Of a stretch of 64,000 nucleotides of DNA, positions 32,038-41,009 are shown in pieces. This DNA comes from an uncultured Dehalococcoidia bacterium. Its GTDB lineage: Bacteria > Chloroflexota > Dehalococcoidia > Lucifugimonadales > UBA3495. Every line of letters starts with the position of its first letter. Within the stretch, counting starts at the first letter, position 1. Made by a program: the position numbers and the translations under genes. The notes beneath the pieces are model-generated. The model was not told where the DNA came from and did not search any database. It saw only the letters and a list, made by a program, of their open reading frames with translations. The DNA is taken from positions 15,142 through 79,141 of the forward strand of contig CAZPMU010000004.1 in the NCBI GenBank assembly GCA_964587795.1, written 5' to 3'.

Positions 32038-33777
32038 TTGTCTCAGACTAACATTAACGAACACGTCCGCTACGAGCCAGACGACAAACCGCCGCCGCTT
32101 ATCGCAGCCGGCGCCGGGGCACAGGCCGCCATTCTGATCATCACTCCCGTGGTGTTGACGGTGGTAATCGTGATGCGCATCGCGGACCAGTCCGAAGGGC
32201 TCATTGTGTGGGGCGCTTTCGCCGCCCTGCTGGTGAGTGGTTTGACCACCATTTTGCAGGCCGCGAAGTGGGGACGCATTGGTTCGGGACACGTACTGCT
32301 GATGGGGACTTCCGGTGCCTTCATCGCCATCTGCGTTGCCGCGTTGACTACCGGCGGACCGGCCACCATGGCCAGTTTAATAGTCGTGTCATCCCTGTTC
32401 CAGTTCCTGATGGCGGCGCGCCTTTCCCTGCTGAGGCGAATATTCACTCCAGTAGTCACGGGGACTGTGATTATGTTAATCGCGGCCACCGTGTTTCCCT
32501 TCGTGTTTGGCTCTCTCACCGATGTGCCGGAAGGCACTCACGCCGCAGCGGCGCCGCTGGCAGCGGGAATTACGCTGGCGGTGGTAGCGGGACTGGTGTT
32601 GCGGGGGCCGCCCCGGCTGCGGCTGTGGGCGCCGATTGTGGGCATAGCGCTGGGCTGCGTGGTTTCTGCGCCCTTCGGCATATATGATGTGGAGCCCATA
32701 ATCGAAGCGCCGTGGATTGGTGTACCCTTCAGTTCCTGGCCGGGCCTGGACTTAACGCCGGATAAGCACTTCTGGGGGCTGTTGCCGGCATTCATCATAG
32801 TTACGTTGGTTGGGGCCATTGAGACCATCGGGGACGGTGTGGCCATCCAGCGGGTGTCGCGGCGAACGCCTCGGGCCACGGACTTCCGGGTGGTTCAGGG
32901 AGCGCTGAACACCGACGGAGTGGGCAACCTGCTTTCGGGCCTGACCGCGACCCTGCCCAACACTACCTACTCCACCAGCATATCGCTGGCCGAAGTTACC
33001 GGCATCGGGGCCCGCCGGGTGGGCATTGTCATCGGCGTCATCCTGACCGCGGTGGCCTTCTTCCCGAAGATTGCCGCGGTGGTCATCGCCATTCCCACGC
33101 CCATCGCCGCCGCCTACATCACCGTGCTGCTGGGGCTGCTGTTCATCCAGGGGATGAAGATTGTGATCCAGGACGGGGTGGACCACCGGAAGGCAACAGT
33201 GGCGGGCGTGGCTTTTTGGGTGGGAACCGGATTTCAGAACCAGTGGATTTTCCCGGAACTGCTGGGCGACGGGTTCCTTTCCGTCCTGCTGGGCAACGGG
33301 ATGACCTCGGGCGCGATAGCGGCGGTAATTATGATGGTCTTCCTGGAACTGACCGCTCCACGCCGTAGAAAGTTGGATATGGCGATGGACGACGAAGCAC
33401 TGCCCAGGCTGACGGAATTCCTGACCCAGTTCGCGGGTCGCATTGGCTGGGACCGTCCCGCAACCGACCGGCTGGTGCTGGTGGGAGAAGAGACGTTTAA
33501 CAGCCTGGCGTCGGAGGAAACGGAGGAGGGCAATGGCAGACCGCGGCGACTGATGGTGAAAGCGCGGGCCGCCGGTTCCGGGGTGGAGCTGGAGTTCGTT
33601 TCGGCCGTGGAAGGCGAAAATCTGGAGGACGAACTTTCTTACCTGGGCGAGACTCCAGACATAGCCGACGACCGGGAAATATCGTTCCGGCTGCTGCGGC
33701 ACTACGCGTCGTCGGTGCGCCACCAGAAGTACCACGGGGTGGACGTGGTGTCGGTGGAAGTGGCGCGGTCGGGGTAG
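32038..33777 (+). CDS. NCS2 (xanthine/uracil/vitamin C) family permease with C-terminal soluble extension
   Basis: TTG start 8 nt after CAGGAG. Multi-TM core contains the GAIETIGD and NTTYSTSISLAEVTG motif regions. About 130 non-hydrophobic C-terminal residues. Confidence 0.75.
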   Translation: MSQTNINEHVRYEPDDKPPPLIAAGAGAQAAILIITPVVLTVVIVMRIADQSEGLIVWGAFAALLVSGLTTILQAAKWGRIGSGHVLLMGTSGAFIAICVAALTTGGPATMASLIVVSSLFQFLMAARLSLLRRIFTPVVTGTVIMLIAATVFPFVFGSLTDVPEGTHAAAAPLAAGITLAVVAGLVLRGPPRLRLWAPIVGIALGCVVSAPFGIYDVEPIIEAPWIGVPFSSWPGLDLTPDKHFWGLLPAFIIVTLVGAIETIGDGVAIQRVSRRTPRATDFRVVQGALNTDGVGNLLSGLTATLPNTTYSTSISLAEVTGIGARRVGIVIGVILTAVAFFPKIAAVVIAIPTPIAAAYITVLLGLLFIQGMKIVIQDGVDHRKATVAGVAFWVGTGFQNQWIFPELLGDGFLSVLLGNGMTSGAIAAVIMMVFLELTAPRRRKLDMAMDDEALPRLTEFLTQFAGRIGWDRPATDRLVLVGEETFNSLASEETEEGNGRPRRLMVKARAAGSGVELEFVSAVEGENLEDELSYLGETPDIADDREISFRLLRHYASSVRHQKYHGVDVVSVEVARSG

Positions 33778-34001
33778 GAGAACAACCCGCCCGATGGGTT
33801 CCCGATGGGTTGAGGAGGTGAACCTGGGTCGTCATTCCAACCTTGAGCCGGAATCCATGGGTTCACCGACTATAGATTGACCAACGGTAGGGTGTGCCGG
33901 ATTCCGGCGTTCTGGGGAGTGACGATTAAGCGCAGCCAATCAACTCGATGGCGCGGGCCGGGCGGCTTGGAAGGCAATTCAGGGGTTGTGGTGGCAGGAG
34001 A

Positions 34002-34024
34002 GGGCAGCCACAAGGGCTGCCCCT
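34002..34024 (+). repeat. GC-rich palindromic intergenic element, family B
   Basis: gggcagccacaagggctgcccct. Nearly identical to the copy at 45662. Confidence 0.6.
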
Positions 34025-34034
34025 GCGCAATTAT

Positions 34035-34946
34035 CTAATCGCCTCCCAGGCGGTGGCCGTCGAGGTACCTGCGAGCCGATGCCAGGACCAGGTCGGGGTC
34101 TTCCATGGCCACGAAGTGGGAGCCCCTGGGAAGGGTTTCCATGCGCGCGCCCTTGACCTCGTTCAGGAAATACTTGACCTCATCGCTGCTGCGGGCGGCC
34201 TCGTCCGGGTAGTTGCCGGTGTTGCCCAGGAGGAGCAGGTAATCGCCGGACAGTTCCTCCAGGTAGGGCGTGGGATTCAGGGCGTGGCGGGCCTCGTAGT
34301 AGAAGGCCTCCACGTCGGTGGGGCACTTCAGTTCTGCCCGCCCGTCGTCCAGCAACCGGGTGCCGCCGTAGATATAGTCCCTGACCGCGTCATCGGTCCA
34401 GGTGCTGAACACCCGCCGGTTGCGGTAGGCATCGTACATTATCTTCCTGGACTCCCAGATGGCCCGCTTGTTGCGTGTGCGGTTCATCCGCTCCTCCCGT
34501 TCCTCCGGGGCATAGACTTCCAGGGCGGGGCCTACCCGGGTGTCCACGAGTACGGTGGGTCCGACGGTCCCGGGGGCCTTGGAATTGGCGATCATGATGG
34601 TCATACCGCCGGCGGAGTGGCCGATGCCGTATGGGGGCCGGGGTGGATTGAGGGCCTGCACCAGGCCAATGACGTCCTCGGCCATGTTGTCGAAGGTGTA
34701 GCCGCCCGGTTTGTCGGTGTCGCCGTGGCCGCGCAGGTCAAGGGAAAAAACGTAATAGTCCCGGGCCAGGTCTTCGGCCAGGGGACGCCATACCATGGCG
34801 CACAGGCCGATACCGTGGGTCATTATCAGGAGCGGGTTTTCCGGGCTGCCCCAGGTCAAGCCGTGAAGGGTAATGCCGTTGGCCTGGACGTACTTGCTGG
34901 TTGGTTCCAAGGTTTCCTCCGTTTTCATTAATCCACTAATGGGCAC
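34035..34946 (-). CDS. Alpha/beta hydrolase
   Basis: HGIGLCAMVW, LRGHGDTDKP, nucleophile elbow GHSAGG. Start uncertain (alternative ATG 34928). Confidence 0.8.
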   Translation of the reverse strand: MPISGLMKTEETLEPTSKYVQANGITLHGLTWGSPENPLLIMTHGIGLCAMVWRPLAEDLARDYYVFSLDLRGHGDTDKPGGYTFDNMAEDVIGLVQALNPPRPPYGIGHSAGGMTIMIANSKAPGTVGPTVLVDTRVGPALEVYAPEEREERMNRTRNKRAIWESRKIMYDAYRNRRVFSTWTDDAVRDYIYGGTRLLDDGRAELKCPTDVEAFYYEARHALNPTPYLEELSGDYLLLLGNTGNYPDEAARSSDEVKYFLNEVKGARMETLPRGSHFVAMEDPDLVLASARRYLDGHRLGGD

Positions 34947-35016
34947 TGACTGTCACGGATATGCTGATGAACCAGTGGGTGATTATACCTGGCCCTTCAT
35001 GGATTCAAGCGATTCT

Positions 35017-36312
35017 CTAAAGCAGATTCCAGCGAGGCTGTTCGGCGGCAGCGGCTTTCAGGTAGTCCACGACCCAGTCCTTGACCTGGGGGTCCAGGTA
35101 GAAGGTCGGCTTGATAAGTTCGCCTTCGCTGGCGACCAGCCCTTCTTCGACGGCCAATTGGGCCTCGCGGGTACCGGGCATGATGCTGACGCCGACGCGC
35201 AGGTTGGCCATGGACGGCCTGATGCTGCGCAGGAATTCCAGCTTTTCGTCCACCGACTCGGGAGTTTCCCCCGGGTCGCCGAAGCGCTGGGCGATGGTGT
35301 AGTTCAGGCCACCATCTTCGCAAATGCGGCAGGTCTCCACCATTGGTTCCATGCGTTCGCCCAGGGTTGTGCCGTCGTGGCTGTCGCCGCGCATATTGCC
35401 CATCATCACCAGTACGCAGCCGGCGCGTCTCATCAGGTCAACCAGTTCCGCGTCGCAACTGTAGGGGGCCAGGCCGGTGGTCCAGTGAACGCCTATCTGC
35501 GCTTCGATCAGGGCCCGGCACAGGTCCTTGGCGTGGGGCAGCGGGATGTTGAAGCCGTTGTCGATGAAGTGGACCTTGCGCAGGTTGAACCTGGCCTCCA
35601 TATCCTTCACTTCCGCCACGACCTCTTCGATGGGACGTATGACCCGCCAGGCGCTGCGCTGCGCCGGTTCGGAATCGGGTGACGTGGGGTAGTTGAAGTC
35701 GCCCAGCTTGGTGACAATGCCAACGCCGAAGCCGGCCAGTCGGTACTTCTCCATGTCCAGTTCGTCGAACCTGGGCGGCATCGAGAATTCCGAGCGGCAG
35801 CGCATGCCGTTAAACCGGATGCCGGAGTCATCGCGGTATACCAGGCCGGGCAGGTCCAGGTAAGAAGGCTCTCCGATTTCGATGCGGCCGGCCAGTTCTG
35901 CGAAGGTCTCGCCGGCGTCGCCGGCAAGGCCCAGGTCAGGTTCCAGGTAGGCAAAGCACTCTTCGGGCAGCAGGCTGAAGGCAGGGCCGCCGCAGACGAT
36001 GGGGGCTGGGGAAAACTCGCGAATCTTGTCTATTACGTTCTTCGTGATGGGCAGCGCCCACTGGGGGTCCAGGTAGCTGTGGTTGCTGAGGTTGCGCAGA
36101 GAAAGGCCCACCAGTTCGGGCTGAAACTCATGCACCGCCTCCTCCACGTCGGCCAGGTAGTCGTCAGAGAACATTATGTCCAGCACTTTAAGCTGGTGCC
36201 GGTCGGGATCCAGGTGGCCGGCCACGTAGGCCATGCCGATGGGCAGGGGCTGGGCGTTCATCCGGCTTACCAGGCGGTTATGCCGGTTGGTGGCAATCAT
36301 CAGAATACGCAT
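35017..36312 (-). CDS. B12-binding-domain / radical SAM-like protein lacking the CxxxCxxC cluster motif
   Basis: AGGAGG RBS. N-terminal Rossmann-like B12-binding-type domain (MRILMIATN...PLPIGMAYVAGHL...IVCGGPA). In the core, GIVTKLGDFNYPTSPDSE stands where the GIVTSRGCxxxCxFC-type sequence is expected. FIDNGFN follows. Confidence 0.6.
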   Translation of the reverse strand: MRILMIATNRHNRLVSRMNAQPLPIGMAYVAGHLDPDRHQLKVLDIMFSDDYLADVEEAVHEFQPELVGLSLRNLSNHSYLDPQWALPITKNVIDKIREFSPAPIVCGGPAFSLLPEECFAYLEPDLGLAGDAGETFAELAGRIEIGEPSYLDLPGLVYRDDSGIRFNGMRCRSEFSMPPRFDELDMEKYRLAGFGVGIVTKLGDFNYPTSPDSEPAQRSAWRVIRPIEEVVAEVKDMEARFNLRKVHFIDNGFNIPLPHAKDLCRALIEAQIGVHWTTGLAPYSCDAELVDLMRRAGCVLVMMGNMRGDSHDGTTLGERMEPMVETCRICEDGGLNYTIAQRFGDPGETPESVDEKLEFLRSIRPSMANLRVGVSIMPGTREAQLAVEEGLVASEGELIKPTFYLDPQVKDWVVDYLKAAAAEQPRWNLL

Positions 36313-36535
36313 CCCGGGTCCTCCTTGCCTGGGTGGCTCCAGGGTAAATATACGTTAAAGCGGTGGATAGGGCAATTAGAGCTCAATCATGGAGGTACAG
36401 GATAAGGCGGCTTAATCGGGCCGCAGATTGGCAACCCGTGAGGCCACCAAAGAAACGCCGTCGCCCCATCCTGACCTGCCTCCGTCAATGGAGAAGGGAC
36501 CTATAGAGAGGTTCAGCCATGTATGAGCAGCCAAA

Positions 36536-36564
36536 TTGACAGGCCCTTACCCTTGTGCTACGTT
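36536..36564 (+). promoter_or_regulatory. Candidate sigma70-type promoter for the amidohydrolase operon
   Basis: TTGACA - 17 nt - TACGTT, about 90 nt upstream of ATG 36651. Pattern match only. Confidence 0.25.
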
Positions 36565-36650
36565 TGGCCCGTTCACGACCAAGGGGAGGAGAGGCATTTT
36601 GGCCCCCGTTTCCCACCACCGCAATCCGCACTTTGTGGGAGGAGCGAACT

Positions 36651-37646
36651 ATGCGAAGCATCGATATTCACGCCCACCTGACACCCCAGCGGTTTTGGCA
36701 TGCTACGGAAAATGGCGGCGACTGGCACAGTCTGCGCCGCGAACAGGATGCCAGGGGCCGGCAAATAGCAATCGTCGGCGACCGGCGGGGCGGGCTGCCC
36801 CCCAAGGCGCGATGGACTCCGGAAGAACGCCTGGCGGACATGGACTCGCTGGGCGTTGATATTCACGTCCTATCACCCTATTCGGGCTTCTATAACTATG
36901 ACCTGGAACCCTCGCTGGCCATTGCCAGTTCCAGGGATTCCAACGACGAAATTGCCGAAATGACGAAAGCCTGGCCCGACCGGTTTGCCGGCCTGGGCAC
37001 CCTGCCCATGCAGGACGTGGGTGCCGCCGTTGCCGAACTGGAGCGCATTATGACCACCATGAGCTTCAAAGGGGCAATGATTGACGACAAGGTGAACGGC
37101 AAGCTGCTGGACGAGCCGGAGTTCCTGCCCTTCTGGAAGGCCGCGGAGCAGATGGGGGCGCTGATCCTGTTCCACCAGGGGGACGGAACGCTGGTGGACT
37201 TTCGTACCGACAAGTTTCACCTGCCCAACTCCATCGGCAACCTGGCCGACCGTACCATCACCTTCTGCTCCCTGGTTATGGGCGGGGTGATGGACGCCTG
37301 TCCCGACCTGAAAGTGTGCCTTTCCCACGGCGGCGGGTACACCTGTTACAACATTGGGCGCATTGACCGGGGCTGGCAGGGCGCGCCGGACTCTCCCACC
37401 AAGCCGTCCGCGCCACCCAGCGATTACCTGCGCCGCTTCCACTACGACTGCATTGTGTACACGGAAGATTCGTTGAGATTCCTGATTGACACGGTGGGCG
37501 CGGACCGGGTTTTGTTCGGAACGGACTGGCCCTACGACATGGAGTTTGACTGGCCGGTATCCTGGATTCTGAGCCTGGAGAACATTACCCAGGAAGAGAA
37601 GGAACTGATCCTGTGGAAGAACCTGGAGAACCTGCTGGGGCTGTGA
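36651..37646 (+). CDS. Amidohydrolase-2 family protein (ACMSD/LigW-type decarboxylase-like)
   Basis: MRSIDIHAHL metal-binding HxH, FHQG, SHGGG. ATG 36651 follows GGGAGGAG. Confidence 0.8.
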   Translation: MRSIDIHAHLTPQRFWHATENGGDWHSLRREQDARGRQIAIVGDRRGGLPPKARWTPEERLADMDSLGVDIHVLSPYSGFYNYDLEPSLAIASSRDSNDEIAEMTKAWPDRFAGLGTLPMQDVGAAVAELERIMTTMSFKGAMIDDKVNGKLLDEPEFLPFWKAAEQMGALILFHQGDGTLVDFRTDKFHLPNSIGNLADRTITFCSLVMGGVMDACPDLKVCLSHGGGYTCYNIGRIDRGWQGAPDSPTKPSAPPSDYLRRFHYDCIVYTEDSLRFLIDTVGADRVLFGTDWPYDMEFDWPVSWILSLENITQEEKELILWKNLENLLGL

Positions 37647-37724
37647 GGGGGCGATGCACGCCGTCCCAAACGGGCTAATTTCCCACCAACTATTGGCCAA
37701 CAAGAGGCCGCTGGAGGTTACCGG

Positions 37725-38732
37725 ATGCGCAGCATAGACATCCACGCCCACACCTTTACGCCAACGATGCTGAAGACCATGGCTGCCGGCCAGGAATGGT
37801 ACGGCATGAAATACACCGACGCTGACCAGCGCAACATCTTCGTTCGGGAAGGAAAGATCGTAAACGTGCACCCCAAGTGCAGGTTCACTCCCGAGGAACG
37901 GGTTGCCGACATGGACCAGTTGGGCACCGAAGTCCAGGTCATAGCCATTCATACGCCCGTCTTCGGGTACCACCTTTCCCCGGCCGATGGCGTCGCCCAG
38001 GCCAGGGAGGTGAACGACGACATTGCCTCCTTCGCAAAGGAAGCGCCGACGCGGTTCGCCGGGATGGCTACCCTGCCCATGCAGGACGTGGACGCCGCCA
38101 TCGCGGAATTGGACCGGGCGGTCAACACCCTGGGTCTAAAGGGCGCGGAGCTGGACACGGTGGTCAACGGGAAGACCTGGGACGAGCCGGAGTTTTTGCC
38201 CTTCTTCAAGGCCGCCGAGTCCATGGGGGCGACGCTGTTCTACCATCCGCAGCCCCAGCACAACCTGATGCTGGAGCGCACCAACAAGTACGGCCTGAAC
38301 AACTCGGTAGGAGTGCCGGTGGAGGACACGCTACTGGTGGCGGCCCTGATCTACGGCGGGGTGATGGAGAACTGCCCCGACCTGAAGGTCTGCGTGGCCC
38401 ACGGCGGCGGCCCCGCCTGCTTCGGCATGGGACGTATGGACCGGGGCTGGCAGGTCCGGTCAGAGGCCCGTGTCAACATCACCCGCCCGCCCAGCTACTA
38501 CCAGAGCCGCCTTTACTACGACATCGTGGTGATGAGCGAGCGGTCCCTGCGGTTTCTGATTGACCAGGTGGGCATCGAGCGGGTTGTGCTGGGCAGCGAC
38601 TACCCCTTCGTGGCCTGGGATCCGTCGCCCACAGGGTGGCTGCAAAGCCTGGAGAGCATCACCCAGGAAGAAAAGGACATGATCCTGTGGAAGAACCTGG
38701 AGAAGCTGCTGGGGATTGAAACGACGGAATAG
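37725..38732 (+). CDS. Amidohydrolase-2 family protein (paralog of 36651..37646)
   Basis: MRSIDIHAHT, YHPQ, AHGGG. The two share C-terminal ITQEEK..ILWKNLE..LLG. Confidence 0.8.
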   Translation: MRSIDIHAHTFTPTMLKTMAAGQEWYGMKYTDADQRNIFVREGKIVNVHPKCRFTPEERVADMDQLGTEVQVIAIHTPVFGYHLSPADGVAQAREVNDDIASFAKEAPTRFAGMATLPMQDVDAAIAELDRAVNTLGLKGAELDTVVNGKTWDEPEFLPFFKAAESMGATLFYHPQPQHNLMLERTNKYGLNNSVGVPVEDTLLVAALIYGGVMENCPDLKVCVAHGGGPACFGMGRMDRGWQVRSEARVNITRPPSYYQSRLYYDIVVMSERSLRFLIDQVGIERVVLGSDYPFVAWDPSPTGWLQSLESITQEEKDMILWKNLEKLLGIETTE

Positions 38733-38833
38733 ACTCACATGGATGGACAGGATGTTCGGACTTGCTCCAATGCACAGGTAACGCTGCACATCCTGTCCAT
38801 CCCCGTTTTTAAAAAAATCTCAGGATAGAAGCT

Positions 38834-40888
38834 ATGAAAAACCTTTGGTCGGAAAGCGAAGCCCACTCCCTGGACGAACTGGACACGCTGGTGTACATGA
38901 GCCGCCTGATCGGCGCGGACCCTTCCCTGGTGGTATGGGGCGGCGGCAATACCTCCATAAAGATTACGGAGCAGGACTTCCTGGGGCGGGACGTGCAGGT
39001 CATGCGCATCAAGGGTTCCGGGTCGGACCTGAAGTCCATGGAAAGGTGGCAGTTTCCCCGGCTGGAACTGGAGAAGGTGCTGCCGGTATTTGAGCGGGAG
39101 CAGATGTCCGACGAGGACATGGTGGACTATCTGGATCGGTGCGTTCTGGACCCCGGCTCGCCGCGACCATCCATTGAAACCCTGTTGCATGCCTTCCTGC
39201 CCTTCCACAGCGTGGCCCATTCCCATGCGGACGCGGTGGTAGGCCTGACCAACAACCGGGACGCGTCCGACATCCTGAAAAAGGTTTACGGCGACAACAT
39301 CGGCATCGTTGAATACCTGCGCCCCGGGTTCCAGCTGTCCAAGCTGGTGGGGCTGGCGGTTAAGGAAGCGCCCAACCTGGACGGGGTGGTGCTGGTCAAT
39401 CACGGCCTGTTCACCTGGGGGAACGACGCCAAAGAGGCCTACGACCGTCATATAGACCTGGTTACCAGGGCGGAGGAGTTCGCGGCCTCGGGCGACGGAA
39501 AGGTCTTCGGCGGCTGGCAGCGCAATCCCCTGGCCCCGGACCGGCGGCGGGAGATTGCCTCGGCGGTGGCTCCCACCATCAGGGGGCTGATCAGCCAGCA
39601 ACGCCGGTCGGTACTGCGGTTTGACGACGCGGAGGACGTGCTGGAGTTCACCGGTTCCGAAGCGGGACAGGGCTTGAGCGCCATTGGCCCGGCCACGCCC
39701 GACCACCTGATTCACACCAAGCGCAAACCCCTGTGGCTGGACGTGGCAGACCCTGAGGACGTGGAAACGGTCAAGGAAGAACTGCGCCGGGGCATGGCAG
39801 CCTACGCCGACGAGTACGCCGCATGGTACCAGCAGCACACCACGGGCGACGATTCCATGCTGGACCCCTATCCCCGGGTCATCCTGCTGCCCGGCGTGGG
39901 AATGTGGACCACCGGCAGGGACGCGAGGGCATCGCTGATAACCAACGACATCTACCATCACACAATCAAAGTGCTGCGGACCGCCCAGTCGGTCAGCGAC
40001 TACACGTCCCTGACACCCAGGGATGCCTACGACGCCGAGTACTGGCCGCTGGAGCTGTACAAGCTCACACTTGCCCCGCCTGAAAAGGAACTGGCGCGGC
40101 AGGTGGCCCTGGTTACCGGCGCGGCCAGCGGCATCGGCAAGGTTATTGCGGAACGCCTGGCCAACGAGGGCGCCCACGTAATTGTTACGGACCTGGATGC
40201 CGAGGGGGCGCAGGACGTGGCCGCCGGCATCAACCGCAGCGCCGGTCCGGAACGGGCAGCCGCCTTCCCCATGAACGTGGCAGACCCGGCGCAGGTTACT
40301 GACGCTTTCCAGTCCCTGCGCCGGACTTACGGCGGGCTGGACATCCTGGTTTCCAACGCAGGCATTGCCCCGGTGGGTGCCATTGACGACCTTTCGCTGG
40401 CGGACTGGCAGCGTTCCCTGGACATCAACGCCACGGGCCATTTCCTGGTTTCCGCCGAGGCGGTCAAGCTGATGAAGGAGCAGGGAATGGGAGGCAGCCT
40501 GGTTTTTATCGGCACCAAGAACGTGCCGGCGCCGGGGGCGGAGTTTGGGGCATACAGCGTAGCCAAGGCTGCGGAGGTCCAGCTGGCCCGGGTGCTGGCG
40601 CTGGAGAACGGCCAGCACGGCATACGGGTGAACGTGGTAAACCCGGACGCTATCTTCCAGGGTTCCCAGCTTTGGTCGCAGGAGTTGCGGGAGGAGCGGG
40701 CCTCGGCTCACGGAGTTACGGTGGAGGGCCTGGAGGACTTCTACCGCCAGCGCAACCTGCTAAAGGCGCGAGTGTTCGCGGAAGACGTGGCGGAAACGGT
40801 GCTGTTCCTGACCTCCAGCCGGTCGGCCAAGACCACCGGGGCCATGATTCCGGTGGACGGCGGGGTGAGGGAGGCGTTTCCCAGGTAG
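38834..40888 (+). CDS. Bifunctional class II aldolase/adducin-domain + SDR protein (rhamnulose-1-phosphate aldolase/alcohol dehydrogenase-like)
   Basis: N-terminal VWGGGNTSIK and HSHADAV aldolase motifs. C-terminal VTGAASGIG and YSVAKAA SDR motifs. Confidence 0.8.
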   Translation: MKNLWSESEAHSLDELDTLVYMSRLIGADPSLVVWGGGNTSIKITEQDFLGRDVQVMRIKGSGSDLKSMERWQFPRLELEKVLPVFEREQMSDEDMVDYLDRCVLDPGSPRPSIETLLHAFLPFHSVAHSHADAVVGLTNNRDASDILKKVYGDNIGIVEYLRPGFQLSKLVGLAVKEAPNLDGVVLVNHGLFTWGNDAKEAYDRHIDLVTRAEEFAASGDGKVFGGWQRNPLAPDRRREIASAVAPTIRGLISQQRRSVLRFDDAEDVLEFTGSEAGQGLSAIGPATPDHLIHTKRKPLWLDVADPEDVETVKEELRRGMAAYADEYAAWYQQHTTGDDSMLDPYPRVILLPGVGMWTTGRDARASLITNDIYHHTIKVLRTAQSVSDYTSLTPRDAYDAEYWPLELYKLTLAPPEKELARQVALVTGAASGIGKVIAERLANEGAHVIVTDLDAEGAQDVAAGINRSAGPERAAAFPMNVADPAQVTDAFQSLRRTYGGLDILVSNAGIAPVGAIDDLSLADWQRSLDINATGHFLVSAEAVKLMKEQGMGGSLVFIGTKNVPAPGAEFGAYSVAKAAEVQLARVLALENGQHGIRVNVVNPDAIFQGSQLWSQELREERASAHGVTVEGLEDFYRQRNLLKARVFAEDVAETVLFLTSSRSAKTTGAMIPVDGGVREAFPR

Positions 40889-41009
40889 GGAGTTTCGCCG
40901 GATTCGTAAAGGCAGCTCATTTGGTTGCCCTTCCCAATAGACTAACATTGTGCTAACAAGAGGGCGCCCCTTATCGGGCGCCCTCACGACTTTGCGGATG
41001 CTACCTTCC

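Noticed and set aside
33948-34931. 327-aa plus-strand ORF
   Set aside because: Antisense to the alpha/beta hydrolase gene (GHSAGG on the minus strand). Low-complexity Gly/Ala/Val-rich translation.
36873-37973. 366-aa minus-strand ORF spanning two genes
   Set aside because: It runs antisense across both amidohydrolase-2 genes and their intergenic gap, with no motifs. GC artefact.
38735-40711. 658-aa ORF on the minus strand
   Set aside because: It is entirely antisense to the well-supported aldolase/SDR gene. Its composition is Arg/Gly/Pro/His-rich with no motifs. This is a typical high-GC shadow ORF.
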